36,512 nt of DNA from Endomicrobium sp. (GTDB lineage Bacteria; Elusimicrobiota; Endomicrobiia; Endomicrobiales; Endomicrobiaceae), in NCBI GenBank assembly GCA_031273645.1, contig JAISRM010000144.1, forward strand, positions 1 through 36,512. The letters are read 5' to 3'. This document shows positions 9,576-18,090 of this stretch, one piece after another. Position 1 is the first letter of the stretch. The number at the start of each line of letters is the position of its first letter. A program made the translations under genes and the position numbers. A model generated the notes under the pieces. The model saw nothing but the letters and a program-made list of their open reading frames with translations, ran no database searches and was not told the origin of the DNA.

Positions 9576-9604
9576 ATTTAATAAAATAATAAACAAAATG
9601 TCAA
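9576..9604 (-). promoter_or_regulatory. Candidate sigma70-type promoter of cspA with a ~90-nt structured leader
   Basis: The minus strand reads TTGACA (9604-9599), a 17-nt spacer, then TTAAAT (9581-9576). The leader contains a GAACTT-CAAA-AGTTC hairpin and the triplet AAGCTT AAGCTT AAGCTG (9536-9553). Confidence 0.5.
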
Positions 9605-9630
9605 GCGGAATTTTAATTATTGTTTTTTCA

Positions 9631-10136
9631 AGGTTGTCATTGCCGAAAGTATTAATGATCTTTTATTCCTAAGCAGCCTGCGCCCGAATGTTTTTATCGG
9701 GTGTAAAAAGAATTTTTTAGTAAACATGTGTTTGTCATTCCCGTGTTTTTAATATTTGTTCTTCCTTAGCAGCCTGCACTCGAGTGTTTTTATCGGGTGG
9801 GGATCCATGTTTAATATTAATATAGTTTCTAACATTATTTCTTTTCAGACCGTGTCTGTTTTATTTGTGTCTGTCATTCCCATGAAAATGGGAATCCATT
9901 TTTAATATAAATATAGCTTCTAACATTATTTCTTTTAAAGACACAATGTAAAAAAAATTGTTTAGTAAACGTGGATTCCCGCTTTCGCGGGAATGACAAA
10001 CCAGACTGCGTCTGAGAGAATTTTTTAGCAAACTTGTATCCCACTTTCGTGGGAATGACAAAACGGCTCAAGCTGCCAATCCCATAAAAACAGACGAAGT
10101 CTGTACCATAAAACAGGCGAAGCCTGATGAAGTCTG
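9631..10136. repeat. Intergenic mosaic repeat cluster R2
   Basis: Same modules as R1, mostly in inverted orientation. It includes the C module (9665-9700 and 9760-9800), a 127-bp element (9872-9998), the hairpin TCCCACTTTCGTGGGA (10039-10054), and CAGACGAAGTCTG / CAGGCGAAGCCTG palindromes (10090-10126). Confidence 0.9.
9872..9998 (-). mobile_element. Inverted copy of the 127-bp MITE-like element
   Basis: TGTCATTCCCATGAAAATGGGAATCCAT ... ACGTGGATTCCCGCTTTCGCGGGAATGACA. It is collinear with the reverse complement of 345-471. The two terminal hairpins carry different but internally compensated stems. Confidence 0.5.
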
Positions 10137-10200
10137 GGCTGCTAAGTTGTTGCCTGCAGTAAGCTGCGGGGGGGATATGTTAAAAATAAAGGAAATTAAA

Positions 10201-11250
10201 ATGAAAAATAAAATTAATGAACTTGCGCAAAAGAATTCGGCAGACAACATTTTGTTTACGGGCAAGGCGGAAACTTTTTACCTTTCCGCAGCGGAGTTCG
10301 ACGGGTTTTGGATTCTTGCTTTAAAAGACGAAATATACGCGCTATGTTCAAAGATGACGCAAAATCAGGTAAAAGAATTTTTTAGCGGACAGGACGTAAA
10401 AATTTATGCGGGAGATTCTTTAAGCAAATCGGTTGTTGAAATTTTAAAAGAAAAGCGCGTTTGCGTTTTGACGGTTGATTCCAAATATATGAGCGCTTCC
10501 GATTTTCTTCTTATAAAAAGCAGGCTTGAGGCGGAAAATATCAGCCTGTTTGTAAAACACGCAATTACGGACGCAATAAGAATTGTAAAATCTGCCGCCG
10601 AAATTGAGAAGTTAAAAAAGGCGTGTTCAATAGTTTCGGAAGTATGCGACCAAATAAGAGAAGAAGTGAAGCCCGGTCTTTGCGAACTTGACATACATTA
10701 CAGAATTCTCGAACTTTTTGCAAAAAATAAAGTTAAAGAAAGTTTTACTCCTATAGTTGCGGCAGGCAAAAATTCCGCAAACCCTCATCATGCGAGTTCA
10801 AATTATAAAATATCGCAAAACGATATAATAATGACGGATATCGGCTGCATATATGAAGGGTACTGTTCTGATTTGACACGCACATATTTTTTAGGTAACA
10901 TTAATGGCGTTCAAAAAACGGTTTGGGACACGGTAAAAAACGCGCAAAGCGCGGCGATAAACGAAATTAAAGCCGGCCGGCCTATTTGTCAAGCTGACGC
11001 AGCCGCAAGAAAAATAATAGAAGCGGCCGGATATAAAGACAATTTTATTCATACTACCGGGCACGGAGTAGGTATAGAAATTCATGAAATGCCTTCGCTT
11101 GCTGCAAACGCCGAAGGTGTTTTTTTAACGCATATGGCGGTTACCGTTGAGCCCGGCATATATATTGAAGGCAAATTTGGAGTCAGGATAGAAGACACTG
11201 TTTGCGTAACGCAATCCGGATGCGAAATTTTAACTTCTGCAAAATATTAA
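10201..11250 (+). CDS. pepP: M24B family Xaa-Pro aminopeptidase/dipeptidase
   Basis: Metal-ligand motifs DIGCIYEGYCSDLTRT, HTTGHGVGIEIHEMP and VEPGIY..GVRIEDTV. The ORF is open from TTG 10147, but that stretch is repeat sequence. ATG 10201 has AAGGA 5 nt upstream; ATG 10177 is an alternative. Confidence 0.85.
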   Translation: MKNKINELAQKNSADNILFTGKAETFYLSAAEFDGFWILALKDEIYALCSKMTQNQVKEFFSGQDVKIYAGDSLSKSVVEILKEKRVCVLTVDSKYMSASDFLLIKSRLEAENISLFVKHAITDAIRIVKSAAEIEKLKKACSIVSEVCDQIREEVKPGLCELDIHYRILELFAKNKVKESFTPIVAAGKNSANPHHASSNYKISQNDIIMTDIGCIYEGYCSDLTRTYFLGNINGVQKTVWDTVKNAQSAAINEIKAGRPICQADAAARKIIEAAGYKDNFIHTTGHGVGIEIHEMPSLAANAEGVFLTHMAVTVEPGIYIEGKFGVRIEDTVCVTQSGCEILTSAKY

Positions 11251-11308
11251 CAGGCAAAGCCTGCAGACAAAATTTAAAATAGACGAAGTCTAAAACAGGC
11301 GAAGCCTG
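11251..11308. repeat. Two mini-palindromes of the repeat family between pepP and efp
   Basis: CAGGCAAAGCCTG (11251-11263) starts directly after the pepP stop. CAGGCGAAGCCTG lies at 11296-11308. Confidence 0.85.
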
Positions 11309-11323
11309 GGGAGATAAGCAACG

Positions 11324-11881
11324 ATGATTTCAACATCTGATTTCAGAAACGGATTAAATATTTTGGTTGACGGCGAGCCTTATCAAATCACGTGGTTTCA
11401 AAATCACAAACCGGGCAAAGGCGGCGCGGTAATGAGAGTAAAACTCAGACATCTTAGGAAAGGCGGAACTATAGAACGCACTTTTAAATCCGGCGAGAAA
11501 TTTGAAGCTTTAAGCGTTACCAGACAAAAAAAGCAGTTTCTTTATAAGGAAGGCGACAATTTCAATTTTATGGATTTAAACACTTACGACCAAATAAGCG
11601 TGTCTCCTGAAATTATCGGAGAACTTGCCAACTATTTAACCGAAAACAGAGAAGCCGACGCCATATATTTGGAAAGCGAACTTATAGGCGTAGAAATTCC
11701 GGCAATTATAGAAATGACTATTGCCGAATCCGAGCCCGGAATTAAAGGCGATTCCGTTTCAAATATGACAAAAATGGCAAAACTTGAAACCGGAGCCGAT
11801 ATACGCGTGCCTTTATTTATTAAGGAAGGCGACAGAATAAAAGTTGATACAAGAACAGGCGAATATGTGGAAAGAGTTTAA
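11324..11881 (+). CDS. efp: Translation elongation factor P
   Basis: 185 aa, MISTSDFRNGL...VDGEPYQI..FQNHKPGKGGAVMRVKLRHL. It shows the conserved KPGKG loop and the conserved pepP-efp-accBC synteny. Confidence 0.95.
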   Translation: MISTSDFRNGLNILVDGEPYQITWFQNHKPGKGGAVMRVKLRHLRKGGTIERTFKSGEKFEALSVTRQKKQFLYKEGDNFNFMDLNTYDQISVSPEIIGELANYLTENREADAIYLESELIGVEIPAIIEMTIAESEPGIKGDSVSNMTKMAKLETGADIRVPLFIKEGDRIKVDTRTGEYVERV

Positions 11882-11968
11882 ACCGGCAAAAAAATTCTTT
11901 AACGCTTTCTGCGCGCATTTGAGCTTGTGATTTTTATTTTATATTTTTAGTTTTAACCGGAGCATATT

Positions 11969-12397
11969 ATGAACCCTCAGGAAATCAAAGAGTTTTTAAA
12001 ATCTATAAAAGACACGGATATTGAAGAACTTCAATATCAAAGCGGGAGCGATTCATTATATTTTAAAAAAAGCGACGTTGAAGCTTTTGTCGCAGAAATC
12101 AAAGAACCCGTAAAAGTTGAAGAAGTTAAAATCAAAGAACCTCCAAAGCCTGCATATATAGCTATAAAGTCGGCTATGGTAGGCACTTTTTCAAGCGCGT
12201 CAAATAATGATAAACCTCCTTTTGTAAGAGAAGGTTCAGAAGTTGCGCCCGGTAAGAAAGTCGGGCAGATAGAAGCGATGAAAATCATAAAAGACGTAAA
12301 CTCAAAAGTTAAAGGCAAAATAGTAAAGGTATGCGTTTCAAACGGCGAAAGCGTCGAATACGGACAGGAATTGTTTTTGTTAGAACCTGCCAAATAA
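11969..12397 (+). CDS. accB: Acetyl-CoA carboxylase biotin carboxyl carrier protein
   Basis: 142 aa. The C-terminal biotinyl domain has the biotinylation motif GQIEAMKIIKDV and the tail GESVEYGQELFLLEP. Confidence 0.92.
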   Translation: MNPQEIKEFLKSIKDTDIEELQYQSGSDSLYFKKSDVEAFVAEIKEPVKVEEVKIKEPPKPAYIAIKSAMVGTFSSASNNDKPPFVREGSEVAPGKKVGQIEAMKIIKDVNSKVKGKIVKVCVSNGESVEYGQELFLLEPAK

Positions 12398-12445
12398 AGC
12401 TGCCGGCGGCCGTCAATTGCAAATTGCCGTTTTCAAAGAGGAACT

Positions 12446-13795
12446 ATGTTCAAAAAAGTTTTGATAGCAAACAGAGGCGAAATAGCGTGCAGAATAATAA
12501 GAGCGTGCAGGGAACTGGGCGTTAAAACGGTCGCCATTCATTCCGAAGCCGACAGAGACTGCATGCACGTAAAACTTGCCGATCAGTCGGTTTGCGTCGG
12601 GCCGGCAAGCGCGTCGGAAAGTTATTTAAATATTCCAAGCATAATTGCCGCAGCGGAAATTACCGGAGCCGACGCCATACATCCCGGATACGGTTTTCTG
12701 GCGGAAAACATGTATTTTGCCGAAGTTTGCCAAGCCTGTAAAATACATTTTATAGGTCCTAAAAAAGAATCCATAGAAAAAATGGGCGACAAAATAGCCG
12801 CAATTGAGCTTATGAAAAAATCCGGCGTGCCGGTAGTTCCGGGTTCAGACGGCCCTGTTAACGCCGAAGATCCTAAAATTTTTGCTCTTGCCGAAAAAAT
12901 AGGGTATCCCGTTATAATAAAAGCCACAGCCGGCGGCGGCGGAAAAGGCATGAGGATAGTTGTTTCTCACGAAACGCTTGCCAATTCCGTTATTATGGCG
13001 CAGACGGAAGCGAAAGCGGCTTTCGGCAATTCCGACGTCTATATGGAAAAATATATTGAAGAGCCGCATCACATAGAATTTCAAATTATGGGCGACAAAT
13101 TCGGAAACGTCGCTTATCTTCCGGAAAGAGACTGCTCCATACAAAGAAGACATCAGAAACTTGTCGAGGAAAGCCCTTCTCCTCTTATAAGCGAAACTCT
13201 CAGAAAAAAAATGGGCAAAGCCGCAAAAAATGCGGCCGCCGCCGTCAAATACGTTACCGTAGGAACTGTGGAATTTCTTGTTGACAAAGAAAATAATTTT
13301 TATTTTATGGAAATGAACACAAGAATTCAAGTTGAGCATCCGGTAACGGAAATGATAACCGGCATAGATCTTGTGAAAGAACAAATAAAACTTGCCGCAG
13401 GCGAAAAACTTTCCGTTACTTCCGAAAAAATAAAAATTTTAGGGCATGCCATAGAATGCAGAATTAACGCAGAAGATCCCGATAAAGATTTTATTCCTTC
13501 TCCCGGAACTATAGGCAAACTTTACCTGCCCGGCGGAATGGGCATAAGAATTGACTCTCACGTTTATTCCGGTTACACGATTCCTCCTTTTTACGACAGC
13601 CTTATAGCTAAAATTATCGCTTTAGGTTCAGACAGAGACGAAGCTATAGCAAAAATGTCAAGAGCTTTAAAAGAAGTTGAAATAGAAGGCATTAAAAACA
13701 CTTCGCCGCTGCACGGAAAAATTATGGCCAACGAAAAGTTCCGCAAAGGAAGCGTTACTACAGATTTTTTGCCTAAATATATTTTCGGCAGGTAA
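12446..13795 (+). CDS. accC: Acetyl-CoA carboxylase biotin carboxylase subunit
   Basis: 449 aa with [53 protein letters not shown] and [13 protein letters not shown]. Confidence 0.95.
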   Translation: MFKKVLIANRGEIACRIIRACRELGVKTVAIHSEADRDCMHVKLADQSVCVGPASASESYLNIPSIIAAAEITGADAIHPGYGFLAENMYFAEVCQACKIHFIGPKKESIEKMGDKIAAIELMKKSGVPVVPGSDGPVNAEDPKIFALAEKIGYPVIIKATAGGGGKGMRIVVSHETLANSVIMAQTEAKAAFGNSDVYMEKYIEEPHHIEFQIMGDKFGNVAYLPERDCSIQRRHQKLVEESPSPLISETLRKKMGKAAKNAAAAVKYVTVGTVEFLVDKENNFYFMEMNTRIQVEHPVTEMITGIDLVKEQIKLAAGEKLSVTSEKIKILGHAIECRINAEDPDKDFIPSPGTIGKLYLPGGMGIRIDSHVYSGYTIPPFYDSLIAKIIALGSDRDEAIAKMSRALKEVEIEGIKNTSPLHGKIMANEKFRKGSVTTDFLPKYIFGR

Positions 13796-13840
13796 GTTTT
13801 GCGCATGAAACGCATTTTAGAAATATCATAAAAAATCAAA

Positions 13841-13871
13841 ACGGCGGACTTAAACGATCTGCCGTTTTTTT
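13841..13871 (+). terminator. Intrinsic terminator downstream of accC
   Basis: Stem ACGGCGGA / TCTGCCGT (one mismatch) with a 9-nt loop, followed by a run of 7 T (13865-13871). Confidence 0.7.
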
Positions 13872-13922
13872 ATTGCCGGGCTATTTTGTATAATGGTATA
13901 AAATTTTTAAATAAGAGGGTTT

Positions 13923-14495
13923 ATGCAAAATCATGAGATTATCAAAAATTTGATCAGCGAAAGCATTGAAGCCAAACGCATGATGTTTGACCAATCGGAA
14001 CTTATTGAATCTATCGCCGCAAAAATTATTGAAAGCTATAAAAATGGACGCAAAACCATAGTTGCCGGAAACGGCGGCTCGGCGGCAGACGCTTTGCATT
14101 TTGCGGCTGAAATGGTAGTCCGTTTTGAAAAAAACAGAAAGGCTTTGCCGTCGATTGCCCTGTCGGAAAACGTATCTACAATCACGGCCGCCGGAAACGA
14201 TTTCGGCTTTGACCAAAGTTTCAGCCGACAGGTTGAAGCTTTTGCCCAAAAAGGCGACGTTTTTATCGCAATTTCAACAAGCGGAAATTCGCCAAACATA
14301 ATTAAAGCTGTGGAAACCGCAAAAGCGCTTGGCGTTTTTGTCATAGGCTTGACAAATTCCGACGGCGGAAAAATGAAAGAAATGTGCGATATATGCTACT
14401 GCGCGCCGTCAAAAATCACAGCCCGCGCCCAAGAATGCCATATAACGCTTATACATATTATTTGCAGGCTGATAGAAACGGCAGTTGAAGAATAA
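13923..14495 (+). CDS. gmhA: D-sedoheptulose-7-phosphate isomerase (SIS domain)
   Basis: 190 aa with GNGGSAADALHFAAEM, ISTSGNSPNI and QECHITLIH. TATAAT at 13889-13894 and AAGAGGG lie upstream. Confidence 0.9.
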   Translation: MQNHEIIKNLISESIEAKRMMFDQSELIESIAAKIIESYKNGRKTIVAGNGGSAADALHFAAEMVVRFEKNRKALPSIALSENVSTITAAGNDFGFDQSFSRQVEAFAQKGDVFIAISTSGNSPNIIKAVETAKALGVFVIGLTNSDGGKMKEMCDICYCAPSKITARAQECHITLIHIICRLIETAVEE

Positions 14496-14519
14496 AAAAT
14501 CTTAGCTGTTTGTCCGTTT

Positions 14520-14720
14520 TGTCATTGCCGCGAAAGCTGAAATCCATGTTTACTAAAAAATTCTCTCAGACAGCCTTCGGCTGTTTTATAAAAACAGACG
14601 CAGTCTGAAAAGAAATAATGTTAAAAAACTATATTAATATTAAAATGTTTCTCCGCCCGATAGAAACACTCGAGTGCAGGCTGCTAAGGAAGAAAGAATA
14701 TTAAAAACGCGGGGATGACA
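14520..14720 (+). mobile_element. Degenerate 201-bp composite MITE-like element between gmhA and hldC
   Basis: TGTCATTGCCGCGAAAGC...GGGGATGACA. It is collinear with 23853-24052 (H, A, P-pair insert and C modules), but the termini are eroded. Confidence 0.5.
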
Positions 14721-14810
14721 AACTGAAAGATATTTTGAGACGACGCCTGAATACAGACGCAAATGTTTAGCGTAGAAATCTCCTTTTTAAAATAGCGGGG
14801 ACTATAAAAA

Positions 14811-15293
14811 ATGAAAAAAGCGTTGACTTGGCAAAAGATGCAAAAAGAAGTTAAAAGACTTCAAAAAAACGGAAAAAAAGTCGTTTTTACAAACGGTTGT
14901 TTTGATTTACTTCATTTGGGGCATACGTCCCTTTTTGAAAAAGCAAAATCTATGGGCGACATTTTAATAGTGGCGATAAATTCGGACAAATCTTTAAGAT
15001 GCCTCAAAGGTCCTAAAAGGCCGCTTGTGGGAGAAAAAGACAGAGCGAAACTTCTTCTTACTTTAAAACCGGTTGATTACGTTGTTGTTTTCGGACAGCA
15101 AACCCCTTACGAACTTTTAAAAAAACTTTGCCCCGACATTTTAGTTAAAGGCGGAGACTATAAACTTTCGGAAATAGTAGGAAGAGAATTTGTTAAAAAG
15201 GTGTATAGGTTCCCGTTTATAAAAGGCAAATCCACAACGAACTTAATTAATACTATACTAGAACGCTACGGCAAAGCGGCAAAACCGCTTTAA
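14811..15293 (+). CDS. hldC: D-glycero-beta-D-manno-heptose-1-phosphate adenylyltransferase (RfaE domain II only)
   Basis: 160 aa with VVFTNGCFDLLHLGHTSLFEKAK, IVAINSD, LKGPKRP, ILVKGGDY and STTNLI. These align with the C-terminal half of E. coli HldE. No kinase domain is present. Confidence 0.9.
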   Translation: MKKALTWQKMQKEVKRLQKNGKKVVFTNGCFDLLHLGHTSLFEKAKSMGDILIVAINSDKSLRCLKGPKRPLVGEKDRAKLLLTLKPVDYVVVFGQQTPYELLKKLCPDILVKGGDYKLSEIVGREFVKKVYRFPFIKGKSTTNLINTILERYGKAAKPL

Positions 15294-15350
15294 TTAATAC
15301 TATAAGCCAAACGCTACGATAAGAAAATGATTTTGCGCGCAACAAGACGC

Positions 15351-15929
15351 AGTGTATCAGCGCTAACTGTCAGCAGTTAACTGATTTTTAAACTTGCAGG
15401 CTTCGCCTGTTTTATTTGTGCCCGTCATTCCCGTGAAAACGGGACAGACTTCGTCTGTTTTATGGGATTGGCGGCCAGTGTCTGTTTTGTTAATTGTTTT
15501 TCAAGGTCTGTCATTCCCATGAAAATGGGACAGGCTTCGCCTGTTTTATGGAACGCAGCCAGTGTCTGTTTTGTTTGCGTCTGTCATTTCCATGAAAATG
15601 GAAACCGCCTCTCGCTGTCATTCCCATGTTTTTAATATTTGTTCTTCCTTAGCAGCCTGCACTCGAGTGTTTTTATCGGGTGGGAATCCATGTTTAATAT
15701 TAATATAGCTTCTAACATTATTTCTTTTCAGACTGCGTCTGTTTTTATAAAACAACCGAAAGCTGTAAAAAGAATTTTTTAGCAAACTTGGATTCCCATT
15801 TTCATGGGAATGACAAACCGGACGCAGTATGTCCTGAAAGTTTTTATGTGGGTTGCAGACTGCGTCTGTTTTGTTTTTGTCTGTCTTTCCTGAAAGTATT
15901 AATGTAGGTTGGCTGCAGCAAGCTGCGGG
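15351..15929. repeat. Intergenic mosaic repeat cluster R5
   Basis: Contains an S module (15354-15395), three H hairpins each fused to CAG(A/G)CTTCG(T/C)CTGTTTTAT, a 200-bp composite element, and the palindromic box CTGCAGCAAGCTGCGGG (15913-15929). Confidence 0.9.
15616..15815 (-). mobile_element. 200-bp composite MITE-like element (inverted orientation)
   Basis: TGTCATTCCC (15616-15625) and GGGAATGACA (15806-15815) are the termini. The interior is the reverse complement of the H-A-C layout seen at 531-700 and 23853-24052. Confidence 0.55.
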
Positions 15930-15948
15930 ATATTGTTAAAATTTGATA

Positions 15949-16497
15949 ATGAAAAAAGAAAAATTAAAAAAACAAAAAGACAAAAAAAATACCGGCTTAG
16001 GCGTTAAAACTTTTGACGTTTTAACGCCGCTGCCCGCATTGCGCTTGCAGCGAAAAGGACGCCGGCAAGAATGTCTGCAAGAAAAGCGGCGAAGCTGCTG
16101 CCGTATTATAGATGCTAATCTTAACCGCTGCCGCGAAGGGTTAAGGGTTGTTGAAGATTGTCTGCGTTACGTTTTAGACGATACTGTTTTATATAAAAAA
16201 ACGCGCGCCGTCCGGCACGAAACGGACAAAATCTTAAGAGACCGCTATGCAGAGCTGATAAAAGAGCGCGACATCATTTCAGACGGCGGCCGCCGCCTGC
16301 CTGAAACTGATTCAAAAAACTTATCTCAAATAATAATTTCAAATTTTAAGCGCGCGCAGGAATCTTTGCGCGTTCTTGAAGAATATTCAAAAACCGTTTT
16401 TCCAAAAGCCGCGCAGGAATTTAAAAAACAAAGATACGCCGCATACGATCTTGAAAAAGCAGTTTATTTAAAATACAAAACGCCCGCTGATTTTTAA
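15949..16497 (+). CDS. ThiD2-like domain protein (thiamine-biosynthesis-associated accessory domain), stand-alone
   Basis: RIIDANLNRCREGLRVVEDCLRYVLDD ... ESLRVLEEYSK matches my memory of the ThiD2 domain that is usually fused to ThiE/ThiD. The start is uncertain: the ORF opens at TTG 15943, ATG is at 15949, and the first ~50 aa are a Lys/Arg-rich extension. Confidence 0.5.
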   Translation: MKKEKLKKQKDKKNTGLGVKTFDVLTPLPALRLQRKGRRQECLQEKRRSCCRIIDANLNRCREGLRVVEDCLRYVLDDTVLYKKTRAVRHETDKILRDRYAELIKERDIISDGGRRLPETDSKNLSQIIISNFKRAQESLRVLEEYSKTVFPKAAQEFKKQRYAAYDLEKAVYLKYKTPADF

Positions 16498-16820
16498 AAG
16501 TAAAGACGCAAACAGCGCAGCCAAACAAAAAAAGCCGGAATTTAAGAATCTGCCGGAAAATTTGTAACGGCAAAAAGCAAACGCCCGATTACAAATTTCA
16601 AAAATTTGCTTTTAAAAAAGAATATGATTTAGACGCAAAATGTTTTGAAATTTAAAAAGTAATTTTTCCCGCGACCTTACGGCCGGGTCATTTGAATGAT
16701 ACGAGGTTTTGCCTTGCCCGCTTATGCGGGTTGACTTTATCTCACAACATTACGGTTTGTAAATTGCGCAGGAAGCATTAAAAATTTAAAGAAGTTTTAA
16801 TTTCAGCTTTTAGGACAAAC

Positions 16821-18089
16821 ATGAAACTTGAAATAAACGAAGATTTTAAACAGGCTTACGATTTGATATCGCAGACGAACGACTGCGTTTTTGTTACCGG
16901 AAACGCCGGCACGGGCAAAACCACGTTTTTAAAATATTACATTGGGCGCGCGCAAAAAAAAACCGTCGTTATTGCGCCTACGGGGGTAGCCGCGTTAAAC
17001 GCCGGCGGAGAAACCGTGCATTCTTTTTTTAATTTTAAGCCCGACATTACTTTATCAAAAATTAAAAAGAAAAAATTGCCGGAAAAATCTATCTATAAAC
17101 AAGTTGAAACGGTAATTATTGACGAAGCGTCCATGCTGCGCTGCGATCTTTTAGACTGCATAGACAGATTTTTTAGATTAAACCGAGAATGTTACAGCGA
17201 GCCGTTCGGCGGAGTGCAGATGGTTTTTATAGGCGACTTAATGCAGCTGCCTCCCGTAGTGCAAAAGCAGGAAGCGCGCATTTTTAATTCGCTTTACAAA
17301 TCTCCGTACTTTTTAAGCGCGCATTCTTTAAGCGAGTGCATGTTTCACACGGTTGAACTTAAAAAAATATACCGCCAAAATGAAAAATACTTTATTACTT
17401 TATTAAACGCGGTAAGAAACGGCACTGCCGCAAACGCAGAACTTGATCTCTTAAATCAAAAAGTTTGCGCCGCAGCGCCGGCAAAACCGATGGCGGTTTA
17501 TCTTACCACCACAAACAAAAAAGCTTCCGAAATAAATTACCGCTACCTTTCAAACATTAAAGACGAAAAAGCCGTTTTTACGGCTGAAACCGAAAACATT
17601 GAAGAAAATTCAAAAATGCTTCCCGCCGAATACGAGCTCGTATTAAAAAAAGGCGCTCAGGTAATGATGTTGAACAACGATTCAAAAGGGCGCTGGGTAA
17701 ACGGAAGCATCGGTTCGGTTGAAAGCATAAAAAGCGCGCCGTCTTGCGACAAAACTTTGATATGCGTAAAATTTCCAGACGGCCGCATAGAGCATGTAGA
17801 ACCTTACAAATGGGAACTTTTTAAATACAAATGGAACGACGAACTTAAACAAATAGAAACCGAAAGCGCGGGATTTTTTAAACAATACCCTTTAAAACTT
17901 TCTTGGGCGGTCACAATTCACAAAAGTCAGGGAAAAACATTTGAAAATGTTATAATAGATATGGAATACGGCAGTTTTGTACCGGGACAGCTATACGTTG
18001 CTTTAAGCCGGTGCTCTTCTTTTGAAGGCGTTTCTCTCTCGAGACCTCTTACCAAACGCGACATTCTTACAGCGAAATTTGATTTCTAA
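16821..18089 (+). CDS. Pif1-family (SF1B) ATP-dependent DNA helicase
   Basis: 422 aa: Walker A GNAGTGKTT, Walker B VIIDEASML, the Pif1 signature region DRFFRLNRECYSEPFGGVQMVFIGDLMQLPPV, then TIHKSQGKTFENVII and YVALSRC. AGGA lies 6 nt before the ATG. Confidence 0.8.
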   Translation: MKLEINEDFKQAYDLISQTNDCVFVTGNAGTGKTTFLKYYIGRAQKKTVVIAPTGVAALNAGGETVHSFFNFKPDITLSKIKKKKLPEKSIYKQVETVIIDEASMLRCDLLDCIDRFFRLNRECYSEPFGGVQMVFIGDLMQLPPVVQKQEARIFNSLYKSPYFLSAHSLSECMFHTVELKKIYRQNEKYFITLLNAVRNGTAANAELDLLNQKVCAAAPAKPMAVYLTTTNKKASEINYRYLSNIKDEKAVFTAETENIEENSKMLPAEYELVLKKGAQVMMLNNDSKGRWVNGSIGSVESIKSAPSCDKTLICVKFPDGRIEHVEPYKWELFKYKWNDELKQIETESAGFFKQYPLKLSWAVTIHKSQGKTFENVIIDMEYGSFVPGQLYVALSRCSSFEGVSLSRPLTKRDILTAKFDF

Positions 18090-18090
18090 T

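Noticed and set aside
9861-10265. ORFs 9861..10061, 9874..10071 and 10068..10265 (all minus, 65-66 aa)
   Set aside because: They are encoded by repeat cluster R2. They overlap each other and the pepP 5' region, and carry the same repeat-derived peptide motifs (CHSRESGNP, MDSHFHGNDR).
13887-13894. An extended -10 (TGnTATAAT) promoter for gmhA
   Set aside because: TATAAT (13889-13894) is present, but the TG is directly adjacent rather than one nucleotide away, and there is no convincing -35. It is therefore not reported as a feature.
15905-15929. Sigma54 (-24 GG / -12 GC) promoter reading of TGGCTGCAGCAAGCTGC
   Set aside because: The GG-to-GC spacing is off by one relative to TGGCAC-N5-TTGC, and the other copies of the box (for example 10151-10170) lack the GG element.
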